This document shows, piece after piece, positions 9,601-23,900 of a stretch of 64,000 bases of DNA. This DNA comes from Paragordius varius (lineage: Eukaryota; Animalia; Nematomorpha): contig OZ176053.1 in assembly GCA_964247055.1 (NCBI GenBank), positions 13,516,001-13,580,000 of the forward strand, written 5' to 3'. Under the pieces are notes generated by a model. The model made no database searches. It worked only from the letters and a program-made list of their open reading frames with translations, and was not told where the DNA came from. The translations under genes and the position numbers were made by a program. Every line of letters starts with the position of its first letter. The stretch's first letter is position 1.

Positions 9601-12600
9601 ACAAAATTATTTTTTATACATTCTCTTAGTAACTACATCAAAATATAGAGATAGTTTGACAAACTCTTTCATATCCGATTTTTACAACAATACTTTATAA
9701 ATTAATGTATAAAACTAGTCGTATCAATAAGTCGCATCAATACTCAAGTTAAACTTTGACCTTAAAAGTCGGATATTGGTCACCGGTGAACAAAATTATT
9801 TTTTATACATTCTCTTAGTAAGACTACATCAAAATATAGAAATAGTTCAACAAACTCTTTCATATCCGATATTACAACGATACTTTAAAAATTAATGTAT
9901 TAAACTAGTCGCATCAATACTCAAGTTAAATTTTGTCCTTAAAAATGGGATATTGGTCACCGGTGAACAAAACTATTTTTTATACATTCTCTTGGTAAGA
10001 CTACATCAAAATATAGAGATAGTTTGACAAACTCTTTCATATCCGATTTTTACAACGATACTTTAAAAATTAATGTATAAAACTAGTCGCATAAATATTC
10101 AAGTTAAACTTTGTCCAAAAAAATCGGATATTGGTCACCGGTGAACAAAACTATTTTTTATACATTCTTTTAGTAAGACTACATCAAAATATAGAGATAG
10201 TTTGATAAACTCTTTCATATCCGATTTTTACAACGATACTTTAAAAATTAATGTATAAAACTAGTCGCATCAATACTCAAGTTAAACTTTGTCCCAAAAA
10301 ATCGGATATTGGTCACCGGTGAACAAAACTATTTTTTATACATTCTTTTAGTATGACTACATCAAAATATAGAGATAGTTTGACAAACTCTTTCATATCC
10401 AATTTTTACAACGATACTTTAAAAATTATGGTATTAAACCAGTCGCATCAATACTCAAGTTAAAAAGCCTTAAAAATCGGATATTGGTCACCGGTGAACA
10501 AAATTATTTTTTATACATTCTCTTAGTAATACTACATCAAAATATAGAAATAGTTTGACAAACTCTTTCATATCCGATTTTTACAACGATACTTTAAAAA
10601 TTAATGTATTAAACTAGTCGCATCAATACTCAAGTTAAACTTTGTCCTTAAAAATCGGATATTGGTCACCGGTGAACATGATTATTTTTTATACATTTTC
10701 TTAGCAAGACTACATTAAAATATAGAGATAGTTTGACAAACTCTTTCATATCCGATTTTTACAACGATACTTTAAATTAATGTATAAAACTAGTCGCATC
10801 AATACTCAAGTTAAATTTTTTAAAAATGGGATATTGGTAACCGGTGAACAAAACTATTTTTTATACATTCTCTTGGAAAGACTACAACAAAATATAGAGA
10901 TAGTTTGACAAACTCTTTCATATCCGATTTTTACAACGATACTTTAAAAAATAATGTATAAAACTAGTCGCATAAATATTCAAGTTAAACTTTGTCCTAA
11001 AAAATCGGATATTGGTCACCGGTGAACAAAATAATTTTTTATACATTCTCTTAGTAAGACTACATCAAAATATAGAGATAGTTTGACAAACTCTTTCATA
11101 TCCGATTTTTACAACGATACTTTAAAAATTAATGAATTAAACTAGTCGCATCAATACTCAAGTTAAACTTTGTCCTTAAAAATCGGATATAGGTCAAAAT
11201 AATTTTTTATACATTCTCTTAGTAAGACTCCATCAAAATATAGAAATAGTTTGACAAACTCTTTCATATCCGATTTTTACAACGATACTTTAAATTAATG
11301 TATTTAACTAGTCGCATCAATACTCAAGTTAAACTTTGTCCTTAAAAATCGGATATTGGTCACCGGTGAACAAAATTATTTTTTATATATTCTCTTAGCA
11401 AGACTACATTAAAATATAGAGATAGTTTGACAAACTCTTTCATATCCGATTTTCACAACGATACTTAAAAAATTAATGTATTAAACTAGTCGCATCAATA
11501 CTCAAGTTAAACTTTGTCCTTAAAAATCGGATATAGGTCACCGGTAAACAAAATAATTTTTTATACATTCTCTTAGCAAGACTACATCAATATATAGAGA
11601 TAGTTTGACAAACTCTTTCATATCCGATTTTTACAATGATACTTTATAAATTAATGTTATCAATAAGTCGCATCAATACTCAAGTTAAACTTTGTCCTTA
11701 AAAATCGGATATTGGTCACCGGTGAACAAAATTATTTTTTATACATTCTCTTAGTAGGACTACATCAAAATATAGAGATTTGACAAACTCTTTCATATCC
11801 GATTTTTACAAAGATACTTTAAAAATTAATGTACCAAACTAGTCGCATCATTATTCAAGTTAAACTTTGTCCTTAAAAATCGGATATTGGTCACCGGTGA
11901 ACAAAATTATTTTTTATACATTCTCTTAGCAAGACTACATCAAAATATAGAGATAGTTTGACAAACTCTTTCATATCCGATTATTACAACAATACTTTAT
12001 AAATTAATGTATAAAACTAATCGTATCAATAAGTCGCATCAATACTCAAGTTAAACTTTGTCCTTAAAAATCGGATATTGGTCACCGGTGAACAAAACTA
12101 TTTTTATAGATTATCTTAGTAAGACTACATGAAAATATAGAGATAGTTTGACAAACTCTTTCATATCCGATTTTTACAACGATACTTTAAAAATTAATGT
12201 ATAAAACTAGTCGCATCAATACTCAAGTTAAACTTTGTCCTTAAAAATCGGATATAGGTCACCGGTAAACAAAATAATTTTTTATACATTCTCTTAGCAA
12301 GACTACATCAATATATAGAGATAGTTTGACAAACTCTTTCATATCCGATTTTTACAACGATACTTTAAAAATTAATGTATAAAACTAGTCGCATTAATAC
12401 TCAAGTTAAACTTTGTCCTTAATAATCGAATATTTGACAGGGGTGAACAAAATTATTTTTCATACATTCTCTTAGTAAGACTACATCAAAATATAGAGTT
12501 AGTTTGACAAACTCTTTCATATCCGATTTTTACAACGATACTTTAAAAATTAATGTGTTAAACTAGTGGCATCAATACTCAAGTTAAACTTTTTCCTTAA

Positions 12601-15600
12601 AAATCGGATATTGGTCACCGGTGAACAAAATTATTTTTTATACATTCTCTTGGCAAGACTACATCAAAATATAGAGATAGTTTGACAAACTCTTTCATAT
12701 CCGATTTTTACAACGATACTTTATAAATTAATGTATAAAACTAGTCGTATCAATAAGTCGCATCAATACTCAAGTTAAACTTTGACCTTAAAAGTCGGAT
12801 ATTGGTCACCGGTGAACAAAATTATTTTTTATACATTCTCTTAGTAAGACTACATCAAAATATAGAAATAGTTCAACAAACTCTTTCATATCCGATATTA
12901 CAACGATACTTTAAAAATTAATGTATTAAACTAGTCGCATCAATACTCAAGTTAAATTTTGTCCTTAAAAATGGGATATTGGTCACCGGTGAACAAAATT
13001 ATTTTTTATACATTCTCTTATTAGGACTACATCAAAATATAGAGATAGTTTGGCAAACTCTTTCCTATCCGATTTTTACAACGATACTTTAAAAATTAAT
13101 GTATAAAACTAGTCGCATCAATACTCAAGTTAAACTTTGTCCCAAAAAATCGGATATTGGTCACCGGTGAACAAAACTATTTTTTATACATTCTTTTAGT
13201 ATGACTACATCAAAATATAGAGATAGTTTGACAAACTCTTTCATATCCAATTTTTACAACGATACTTTAAAAATTATGGTATTAAACCAGTCGCATCAAT
13301 ACTCAAGTTAAAAAGCCTTAAAAATCGGATATTGGTCACCGGTGAACAAAATTATTTTTTATACATTCTCTTAGTAATACTACATCAAAATATAGAATAA
13401 GTTTGACAAATTCTTTCATTTCCGATTTTTACAACGATACTTTAAAAATTAATGTATTAAACTAGTCGCATCAATACTCAAGTTAAACTTTGTCCTTAAA
13501 AATCGGATATTGGTCACCGGTGAACATGATTATTTTTTATACATTTTCTTAGCAAGACTACATCAAAATATAGAGATAGTTTGACAAACTCTTTCATATC
13601 CGATTTTTACAACGATACTTTATAAATTAATGTATAAAACTAGTCGTATCAATAAGTCGCATCAATACTCAAGTTAAACTTTGACCTTAAAAGTCGGATA
13701 TTGGTCACCGGTGAACAAAATTATTTTTTATACATTCTCTTGGTAAGACTACATCAAAATATAGAGATAGTTTGACAAACTCTTTCATATCCGATTTTTA
13801 CAACGATACTTTAAAAATTAATATATAAAACTAGTCGCATAAATATTCAAGTTAAACTTTGTCCAAAAAAATCGGATATTGGTCACCGGTGAACAAAACT
13901 ATTTTTTATACATTCTTTTAGTAAGACTACATCAAAATATAGAGATAGTTTGATAAACTCTTTCATATCCGATTTTTACAACGATACTTTAAAAATTAAT
14001 GTATAAAACTAGTCGCATCAATACTCAAGTTAAACTTTGTCCCAAAAAATCGGATATTGGTCACCGGTGAACAAAACTATTTTTTATACATTCTTTTAGT
14101 ATGACTACATCAAAATATAGAGATAGTTTGACAAACTCTTTCATATCCAATTTTTACAACGATACTTTAAAAATTATGGTATTAAACCAGTCGCATCAAT
14201 ACTCAAGTTAAAAAGCCTTAAAAATCGGATATTGGTCACCGGTGAACAAAATTATTTTTTATACATTCTCTTAGTAATACTACATCAAAATATAGAATAA
14301 GTTTGACAAATTCTTTCATTTCCGATTTTTACAACGATACTTTAAAAATTAATGTATTAAACTAGTCGCATCAATACTCAAGTTAAACTTTGTCCTTAAA
14401 AATCGGATATTGGTCACCGGTGAACATGATTATTTTTTATACATTTTCTTAGCAAGACTACATCAAAATATAGAGATAGTTTGACAAACTCTTTCATATC
14501 CGATTTTTACAACGATACTTTAAATTAATGTATAAAACTAGTCGCATCAATACTCAAGTTAAATTTTTTAAAAATGGGATATTGGTCACCGGTGAACAAA
14601 ACTATTTTTTATACATTCTCTTATTAAGACTACATTAAAATATAGAGATAGTTGACCTCTTTCATATCCGATTTTTACAACGATACTTTAAAAATTAATG
14701 TATAAAACTAGTCGCATCAATACTCAAGTTAAACTTTGTCCTAAAAAATCGGATATTGGTCACCGGTGAACAAAACTATTTTTTATACATTCTTTTAGTA
14801 AGACTACATCAAAATATAGAGATAGTTTGATAAACTCTTTCATATCCGATTTTTACAACGATACTTTAAAAATTAATGTATAAAACTAGTCGCATCAATA
14901 CTAAAGTTAAACTTTATCCTTAAAAATCGGATATTGGTCACCGGTGAACAAAATTATTTTTTATACATTCTCTTAGTAAGACTCCATCAAAATATAGAAA
15001 TAGTTTGACAAACTCTTTCATATCGATTTTTACAACGATACTTTAAATTAATGTATTAAACTAGTCGCATCAATACTCAAGTTAAACTTTGTCCTAAAAA
15101 ATCGGATATTGGTCACCGGTGAACAAAACTATTTTTTATACATTCTTTTAGTAAGACTACATCAAAATATAGAGATAGTTTGATAAACTCTTTCATATCC
15201 GATTTTTACAACGATACTTTAAAAATTAATGTATAAAACTAGTCGCATCAATACTCAAGTTAAACTTTGTCCCAAAAAATCGGATATTGGTCACCGGTGA
15301 ACAAAACTATTTTTTATACATTCTTTTAGTAAGACTACATCAAAATATAGAGATAGTTTGATAAACTCTTTCATATCCGATTTTTACAACGATACTTTTA
15401 AAATTAATGTATAAAACTAATCGCATCAATACTCAATTTTAACTTTATCCGTAAAAATCGGATATTGGTCACCGGTGAACATGATTATTTTTTATACATT
15501 TTCTTAGCAAGACTACATCAAAATATAGAGATAGTTTGACAAACTCTTTCATATCCGATTTTTACAACGATACTTTAAATTAATGTATTAAACTAGTCGC

Positions 15601-18600
15601 ATCAATACTCAAGTTAAACTTTATCCGTAAAAATCGGATATTGGTCACCGGTGAACAAAATAATTTTTTATACATTCTCTTAGTAAGACTACATCAAAAT
15701 ATAGAGATAGTTTGACAAACTCTTTCATATCCAATTTTTACAACGATACTTTAAAAATTATGGTATTAAACCAGTCGCATCAATACTCAAGTTAAAAATC
15801 CTTAAAAATCGGATATTGGTCACCGGTGAACAAAATTATTTTTTATACATTCTCTTAGTAATACTACATCAAAATATAGAAATAGTTTGACAAACTCTTT
15901 CATATCGATTTTTACAACGATACTTTAAAAATTAATGTATTAAACTAGTCGCATCAATACTCAAGTTAAACTTTGTCCTTAAAAATCGGATATTGGTCAC
16001 CGGTGAACATGATTATTTTTTATACATTTTCTTAGCAAGACTACATCAAAATATAGAGATAGTTGACCTCTTTCATATCCGATTTTTACAACGATACTTT
16101 AAAAATTAATGTATAAAACTAGTCGCATCAATACTCAAGTTAAACTTTGTCCTAAAAAATCGGATATTGGTCACCGGTGAACAAAACTATTTTTTATACA
16201 TTCTTTTAGTAAGACTACATCAAAATATAGAGATAGTTTGATAATATCCGATTTTTACAACGATACTTTAAAAATTAATGTAAAAAACTAGTCGCATAAA
16301 TATTCAAGTTTAACTTTGTCCTAAAAAATCGGATATTGGTCACCGGTGAACAAAACTATTTTTTATACATTCTCTTGGAAAGACTACATCAAAATATAGA
16401 GATAGTTTGACAAACTCTTTCATATCCGATTTTTACAACGATACTTTAAAAATTAATGTATAAAACTAGTCGCATAAATATTCAAGTTAAACTTTGTCCT
16501 AAAAAATCGGATATTGGTCACCGGTGAACAAAACTATTTTTTATACATTCTTTTAGTAAGACTACATCAAAATATAGAGATAGTTTGATAAACTCTTTCA
16601 TATCCGATTTTTACAACGATACTTTAAAATTAATGTATAAAACTAGTCGCATCAATACTCAAGTTAAACTTTGTCCCAAAAAATCGGATATTGGTCACCG
16701 GTGAACAAAACTATTTTTTATACATTCTTTTAGTATGACTACATCAAAATATAGAGATAGTTTGATAAACTCTTTCATATCCGATTTTTACAACGATACT
16801 TTTAAAATTAATGTATAAAACTAATCGCATCAATACTCAATTTAAACTTTGTCCTTAAAAATCGGATATTAGTCGCCGGTAAAGAAAATAATTTTTTATA
16901 CATTCTCTTAATAGGACTACATCAAAATATAGAGATAGTTTGACAAACTCTTTCATATCCGATTTTTACAACGATACTTTAAAAATTAATGTATAAAACT
17001 AGTCGCATCAATACTCAAGTTAAACTTTGTCCTTAAAAATCGAATATTGGTCACCAATGAACAAAATTATTTTTTATACATTTTCTTAGCAAGACTACAT
17101 CAAAATATAGAGATAGTTTGACAAACTCTTTCATATCCGATTTTTACAACGATACTTTAAAAATTAATGTATAAAACTAGTCGCATCAACACTAAAGTTA
17201 AACTTTATCCTTAAAAATCGGATATTGGTCACCGCTGAACAAAATTATTTTTTATACATTCTCTTAGTAACACTCCATCAAAATATAGAAATAGTTTGAC
17301 AAACTCTTTCATATCCGATTTTTACAACGATACTTTAAAAATTAATGTATTAAACTAGTCGCATCAATACTCAAGTTAAACTTTATCCGTAAAAATCGGA
17401 TATTGGTCACCGGTGAACAAAATAATTTTTTATACATTCTCTTAGTAAGACTACATCAAAATATAGAGATAGTTTGACAAACTCTTTCATATCCTATTTT
17501 TACAACGATACTTTAAAAATTAATGAATTAAACTAGTCGCATCAATACTCAAGTTAAACTTTGTCCTTAAAAATCGGATATAGGTCACCGGTAAACAAAA
17601 TAATTTTTTATACATTCTTTTAGTAAGACTCCATCAAAATATAGAAATAGTTTGACAAACTCTTTCATATCCGATTTTTACAACGATACTTTATAAATTA
17701 TATTAAACTAGTGGCATCAATACTCAAATTAAACTTTGTCCTTAAAAATCGGATATTGGTCACCGGTGAACAAAATTATTTTTTATATATTCTCTTAGCA
17801 AGACTACATTAAAATATAGAGATAGTTTGACAAACTCTTTCATATCCGATTTTCACAACGATACTTAAAAAATTAATGTATTAAACTAGTCGCATCAATA
17901 CTCAAGTTAAACTTTGTCCTTAAAAATCGGATATAGGTCACCGGTAAACAAAATAATTTTTTATACATTCCCTTAGCAAGACTACATCAATATATAGAGA
18001 TAGTTTGACAAACTCTTTCATATCCGATTTTTACAATGATACTTTATAAATTAATGTTATCAATAAGTCGCATCAATACTCAAGTTAAACTTTGTCCTTA
18101 AAAATCGGATATTGGTCACCGGTGAACAAAATTATTTTTTATACATTCTCTTAGTAGGACTACATCAAAATATAGAGATAGTTTGACAAACTCTTTCATA
18201 TCCGATTTTTACAACGATACTTTAAAAATTAATGTATTAAACTAGTCGCATCAATACTCAAGTTAAACTTTGTCCTTAAAAATCGGATATTGGTCACCGG
18301 TGAACAAAATTATTTTTTATACATTCTCTTGGCAAGACTACATCAAAATATAGAGATAGTTGACCTCTTTCATATCCGATTTTTACAACGATACTTTAAA
18401 AATTAATGTATAAAACTAGTCGCATCAATACTCAAGTTAAACTTTGTCCTAAAAAATCGGATATTGGTCACCGGTGAACAAAATTATTTTTTATACATTC
18501 TCTTGGCAAGACTACATCAAAATATAGAGATAGTTGACCTCTTTCATATCCGATTTTTACAACGATACTTTAAAAATTAATGTAAAAAACTAGTCGCATA

Positions 18601-20999
18601 AATATTCAAGTTAAACTTTGTCCTAAAAAATCGGATATTGGTCACCGGTGAACAAAACTATTTTTTATACATTCTTTTAGTAAGACTACATCAAAATATA
18701 GAGTTAGTTTGACAAACTCTTTCATATCCGATTTTTACAACGATACTTTAAAAATTAATGTGTTAAACTAGTGGCATCAATACTCAAGTTAAACTTTGTC
18801 CTTAAAAATCGGATATTGGTCACCGGTGAACAAAATTATTTTTTATACATTCTCTTAGTAGGACTACATCAAAATATAGAGATAGTTTGACAAACTCTTT
18901 CATATCCGATTTTTACAACGATACTTTAAAAATTAATGTATTAAACTAGTCGCATCAATACTCAAGTTAAACTTTGTCCTTAAAAATCGGATATTGGTCA
19001 CCGGTGAACAAAATTATTTTTTATACATTCTCTTGGCAAGACTACATCAAAATATAGAGATAGTTGACCTCTTTCATATCCGATTTTTACAACGATACTT
19101 TAAAAATTAATGTATTAAACTAGTCGCATCAATACTCAAGTTAAACTTTGTCCTTAAAAATCGGATATTGGTCACCGGTGAACAAAATTATTTTTTATAC
19201 ATTCTCTTGGCAAGACTACATCAAAATATAGAGATAGTTGACCTCTTTCATATCCGATTTTTACAACGATACTTTAAAAATTAATGTAAAAAACTAGTCG
19301 CATAAATATTCAAGTTAAACTTTGTCCTAAAAAATCGGATATTGGTCACCGGTGAACAAAACTATTTTTTATACATTCTTTTAGTAAGACTACATCAAAA
19401 TATAGAGTTAGTTTGACAAACTCTTTCATATCCGATTTTTACAACGATACTTTAAAAATTAATGTGTTAAACTAGTGGCATCAATACTCAAGTTAAACTT
19501 TGTCCTTAAAAATCGGATATTGGTCACCGGTAAACAAAATTATTTTTTATACATTCTCTTAGTAACTACATCAAAATATAGAGATAGTTTGACAAACTCT
19601 TTCATATCCGATTTTTACAACAATACTTTATAAATTAATGTATAAAACTAGTCGTATCAATAAGTCGCATCAATACTCAAGTTAAACTTTGTCCTAAATA
19701 ATCGGATATTGGTCACCGGTGAAAAAAATAATTTTTTATACATTCTCTTAGTAAGACTACATCAAAATATGATAGTTTGACAAACTCTTTCATATCCGAT
19801 TTTTACGACGATACTTTAAAAATTAATGTATTAAACTAGTCGCATCAATACTCAAGTTAAACTTTGTCCTTAAAAATCGGATATTGGTCACCGGTGAACA
19901 AAATTATTTTTTATACATTCTCTTGGCAAGACTACATCAAAATATAGAGATAGTTTGACAGACTCTTTCATATCCGATTTTTACAACGATACTTTATAAA
20001 TTAATGTATAAAACTAGTCGTATCAATAAGTCGCATCAATACTGAAGTTAAACTTTGACCTTAAAAGTCGGATATTGGTGACCGGTGAACAAAATTATTT
20101 TTTATACATTCTCTTAGTAAGACTACATCAAAATATAGAAATAGTTCAACAAACTCTTTCATATCCGATATTACAACGATACTTTAAAAATTAATGTATT
20201 AAACTAGTCGCATCAATACTCAAGTTAAATTTTGTCCTTAAAAATGGGATATTGGTCACCGGTGAACAAAACTATTTTTTATACATCTTGGTAAGACTAC
20301 ATCAAATCATAGAGATAGTTTGACAAACTCTTTCATATCCGATTTTTACAACGATACTTTAAAAATTAATGTATAAAACTAGTCGCATAAATATTCAAGT
20401 TAAACTTTGTCCTAAAAAATCGGATATTGGTCACCGGTGAACAAAACTATTTTTTATACATTCTTTTAGCAAGACTACATCAAAATATAGAGATAGTTTG
20501 ATAAACTCTTTCATATCCGATTTTTACAACGATACTTTAAAACTTAATGTATAAAACTAGTCGCATCAATACTCAAGTTAAACTTTGTCCCAAAAAATCG
20601 GATATTGGTCACCGGTGAACAAAACTATTTTTATACATTCTTTTAGTATGACTACATCAAAATATAGAGATAGTTTGATAAACTCTTTCATATCCGATTT
20701 TTACAACGATACTTTTAAAATTAATGTATAAAACTAATCGCATCAATACTCAATTTAAACTTTGTCCTTAAAAATCGGATATTAGTCGCCGGTAAAGAAA
20801 ATAATTTTTTATACATTCTCTTAATAGGACTACATCAAAATATAGAGATAGTTTGACAAACTCTTTCATATCCGATTTTTACAACGATACTTTAAAAATT
20901 AATGTATAAAACTAGTCGCATCAATACTCAAGTTAAACTTTGTCCTTAAAAATCGAATATTGGTCACCAATGAACAAAATTATTTTTTATACATTTTCT

Positions 21000-23900
21000 T
21001 AGCAAGACTACATCAAAATATAGAGATAGTTTGACAAACTCTTTCATATCCGATTTTTACAACGATACTTTAAAAATTAATGTATAAAACTAGTCGCATC
21101 AATACTAAAGTTAAACTTTATCCTTAAAAATCGGATATTGGTCACCGGTGAACAAAATTATTTTTTATACATTCTCTTATTAAGACTCCATCAAAATATA
21201 GAAATAGATTGACAAACTCTTTCATATCCGATTTTTACAACGATACTTTAAAAATTAATGTATTAAACTAGTCGCATCAATACTCAAGTTAAACTTTATC
21301 CGTAAAAATCGGATATTGGTAACCGGTGAACAAAATAATTTTTTATACATTCTCTTAGTAAGACTACATCAAAATATAGAGATAGTTTGACAAACTCTTT
21401 CATATCCAATTTTTACAACGATACTTTAAAAGTTATGGTATTAAACCAGTCGCATCCATACTCAAGTTAATTGTCCTTAAAAATCGGATATTGGTCACAG
21501 GTGAACAAAATTATTTTTTATACATTCTCTTAGTAAGACTACATCAAAATATAGAGATCGTTTGACCTCTTTCAAATCCGATTTTTACAACGATACTTTA
21601 AAAATTAATGTATAAAACTAGTCGCATAAATACTCAAGTTTAACTTTGTCCTTAAAAATCGGATATTGGTCACCGGTGAACAAAATTATTTTTTATACAT
21701 TCTCTTAGTAAGACTACATCAAAATATAGAGATAGTTTGACAAACTCTTTCATATCCGATTTTTACAACGATACTTTAAAAATTAATGTATAAAACTAGT
21801 CGCATCAATACTCAAGTTAAACTTTATCCGTAAAAATCTGATATTGGTCACCGGTGAACATGATTATTTTTTATACATTTTCTTAGCAAGACTACATCAA
21901 AATATAGAGATAGTTTGACAAACTCTTTCATATCCGATTTTTACAACGATACTTTAAATTAATGTATAAAACTAGTCGCATCAATACTCAAGTTAAATTT
22001 TGTCCTTAAAAATGGGATATTGGTCACCGGTGAACAAAACTATTTTTTATACATTCTCTTATTAAGACTACATCAAAATATAGAGATAGTTTGACCTCTT
22101 TCATATCCGATTTTTACAACGATACTTTAAAAATTATGGTATTAAACCAGTCGCATCAATACTCAAGTTAAAAATCCTTAAAAATCGGATATTGGTCACC
22201 GGTGAACAAAATTATTTTTTATACATTCTCTTAGTAATACTACATCAAAATATAGAAATAGTTTGACAAACTCTTTCATATCCGATTTTTACAACGATAC
22301 TTTAAAAATTAATGTATTAAACTAGTCGCATCAATACTCAAGTTAAACTTTGTCCTTAAAAATCGGATATTGGTCACCGGTGAACATGATTATTTTTTAT
22401 ACATTTTCTTAGCAAGACTACATCAAAATATAGAGATAGTTTGACAAACTCTTTCATATCCGATTTTTACAACGATACTTTAAAAATTAATGTATAAAAC
22501 TAGTCGCATCAATACTCAAGTTAAACTTTGTCCTTAAAAATCGAATATTGGTCACCAATGAACAAAATTATTTTTATACATTTTCTTAGCAAGACTACAT
22601 CAAAATATAGAGATAGTTTGACAAACTCTTTCATATCCGATTTTTACAACGATACTTTAAAAATTAATGTATAAAACTAGTCGCATCAATACTAAAGTTA
22701 AACTTTATCCTTAAAAATCGGATATTGGTCACCGGTGAACAAAATTATTTTTTATACATTCTCTTAGTAAGACTCCATCAAAATATAGAAATAGTTTGAC
22801 AAACTCTTTCATATCCGATTTTTACAACGATACTTTAAAAATTAATGTATTAAACTAGTCGCATCAATACTCAAGTTAAACTTTATCCGTAAAAATCGGA
22901 TATTGGTCACCGGTGAACAAAATGATTTTTTATACATTCTCTTAGTAAGACTACATCAAAATATAGAGATAGTTTGACAAACTCTTTAATATCCGATTTT
23001 TACAACGATACTTTAAAAATTAATGTATAAAACTAGTCGCATCAATACTCAAGTTAAATTTTGTCCTTAAAAATGGGATATTGGTCACCGGTGAACAAAA
23101 CTATTTTTTATACATTCTCTTAGTAAGACTACATCAAAATATAGAGATAGTTTGACAAACTCTTTCATATCCGATTTTTACAACGATACTTTAAAAATTA
23201 ATGTATAAAACTAGTCGCATCAATACTCAAGTTAAACTTTATCCGTAAAGATCGGATATTGGTCACCGGTGAACATGATTATTTTTTATACATTCTCTTA
23301 GTAAGACTACATCAAAATATAGAGATAGTTTGACCTCTTTCAAATCCGATTTTTACAACGATACTTTAAAAATTAATGTATAAAACTAGTCGCATAAATA
23401 CTCAAGTTAAACTTTGTCCTTAAAAATCGGATATTCGTCACCGGTGAACAAAATTATTTTTTATACATTCTCTTAGTAAGACTCCATCAAAATATAGAAA
23501 TAGTTTGACAAACTCTTTCATATCCGATTTTTACAACGATACTTTATGTATTAAACTAGTCGCATCAATACTCAAGTTAAACTTTGTCCTTAAAAATCGG
23601 ATATTGGTCACCGGTGAACAAAATTATTTTTTATACATTCTCTTAGCAAGACTAGATCAAAATATAGAGATAGTTTGACAAACTCTTTAATATCCGATTT
23701 TTACAACGATACTTTAAAAATTAATGTATAAAACTAGTCGCATCAATACTCAAGTTAAATTTTGTCCTTAAAAATGGGATATTGGTCACCGGTGAACAAA
23801 ACTATTTTTTATACATTCTCTTAGTAAGACTACATCAAAATATAGAGATAGTTTGACAAACTCTTTCATATCCGATTTTTACAACGATACTTTAAAAATT

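Larger units (their letters stand above)
8911..21000. repeat. Satellite B junction-proximal domain: heterogeneous monomers with dispersed multi-monomer duplications, no regular HOR
   Basis: Shared private variants at offsets ~3024 (9281/12305, 9401/12425), 900 (13141/14041), 6400 (11451/17851) and 3913 (16861/20774). Confidence 0.8.
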
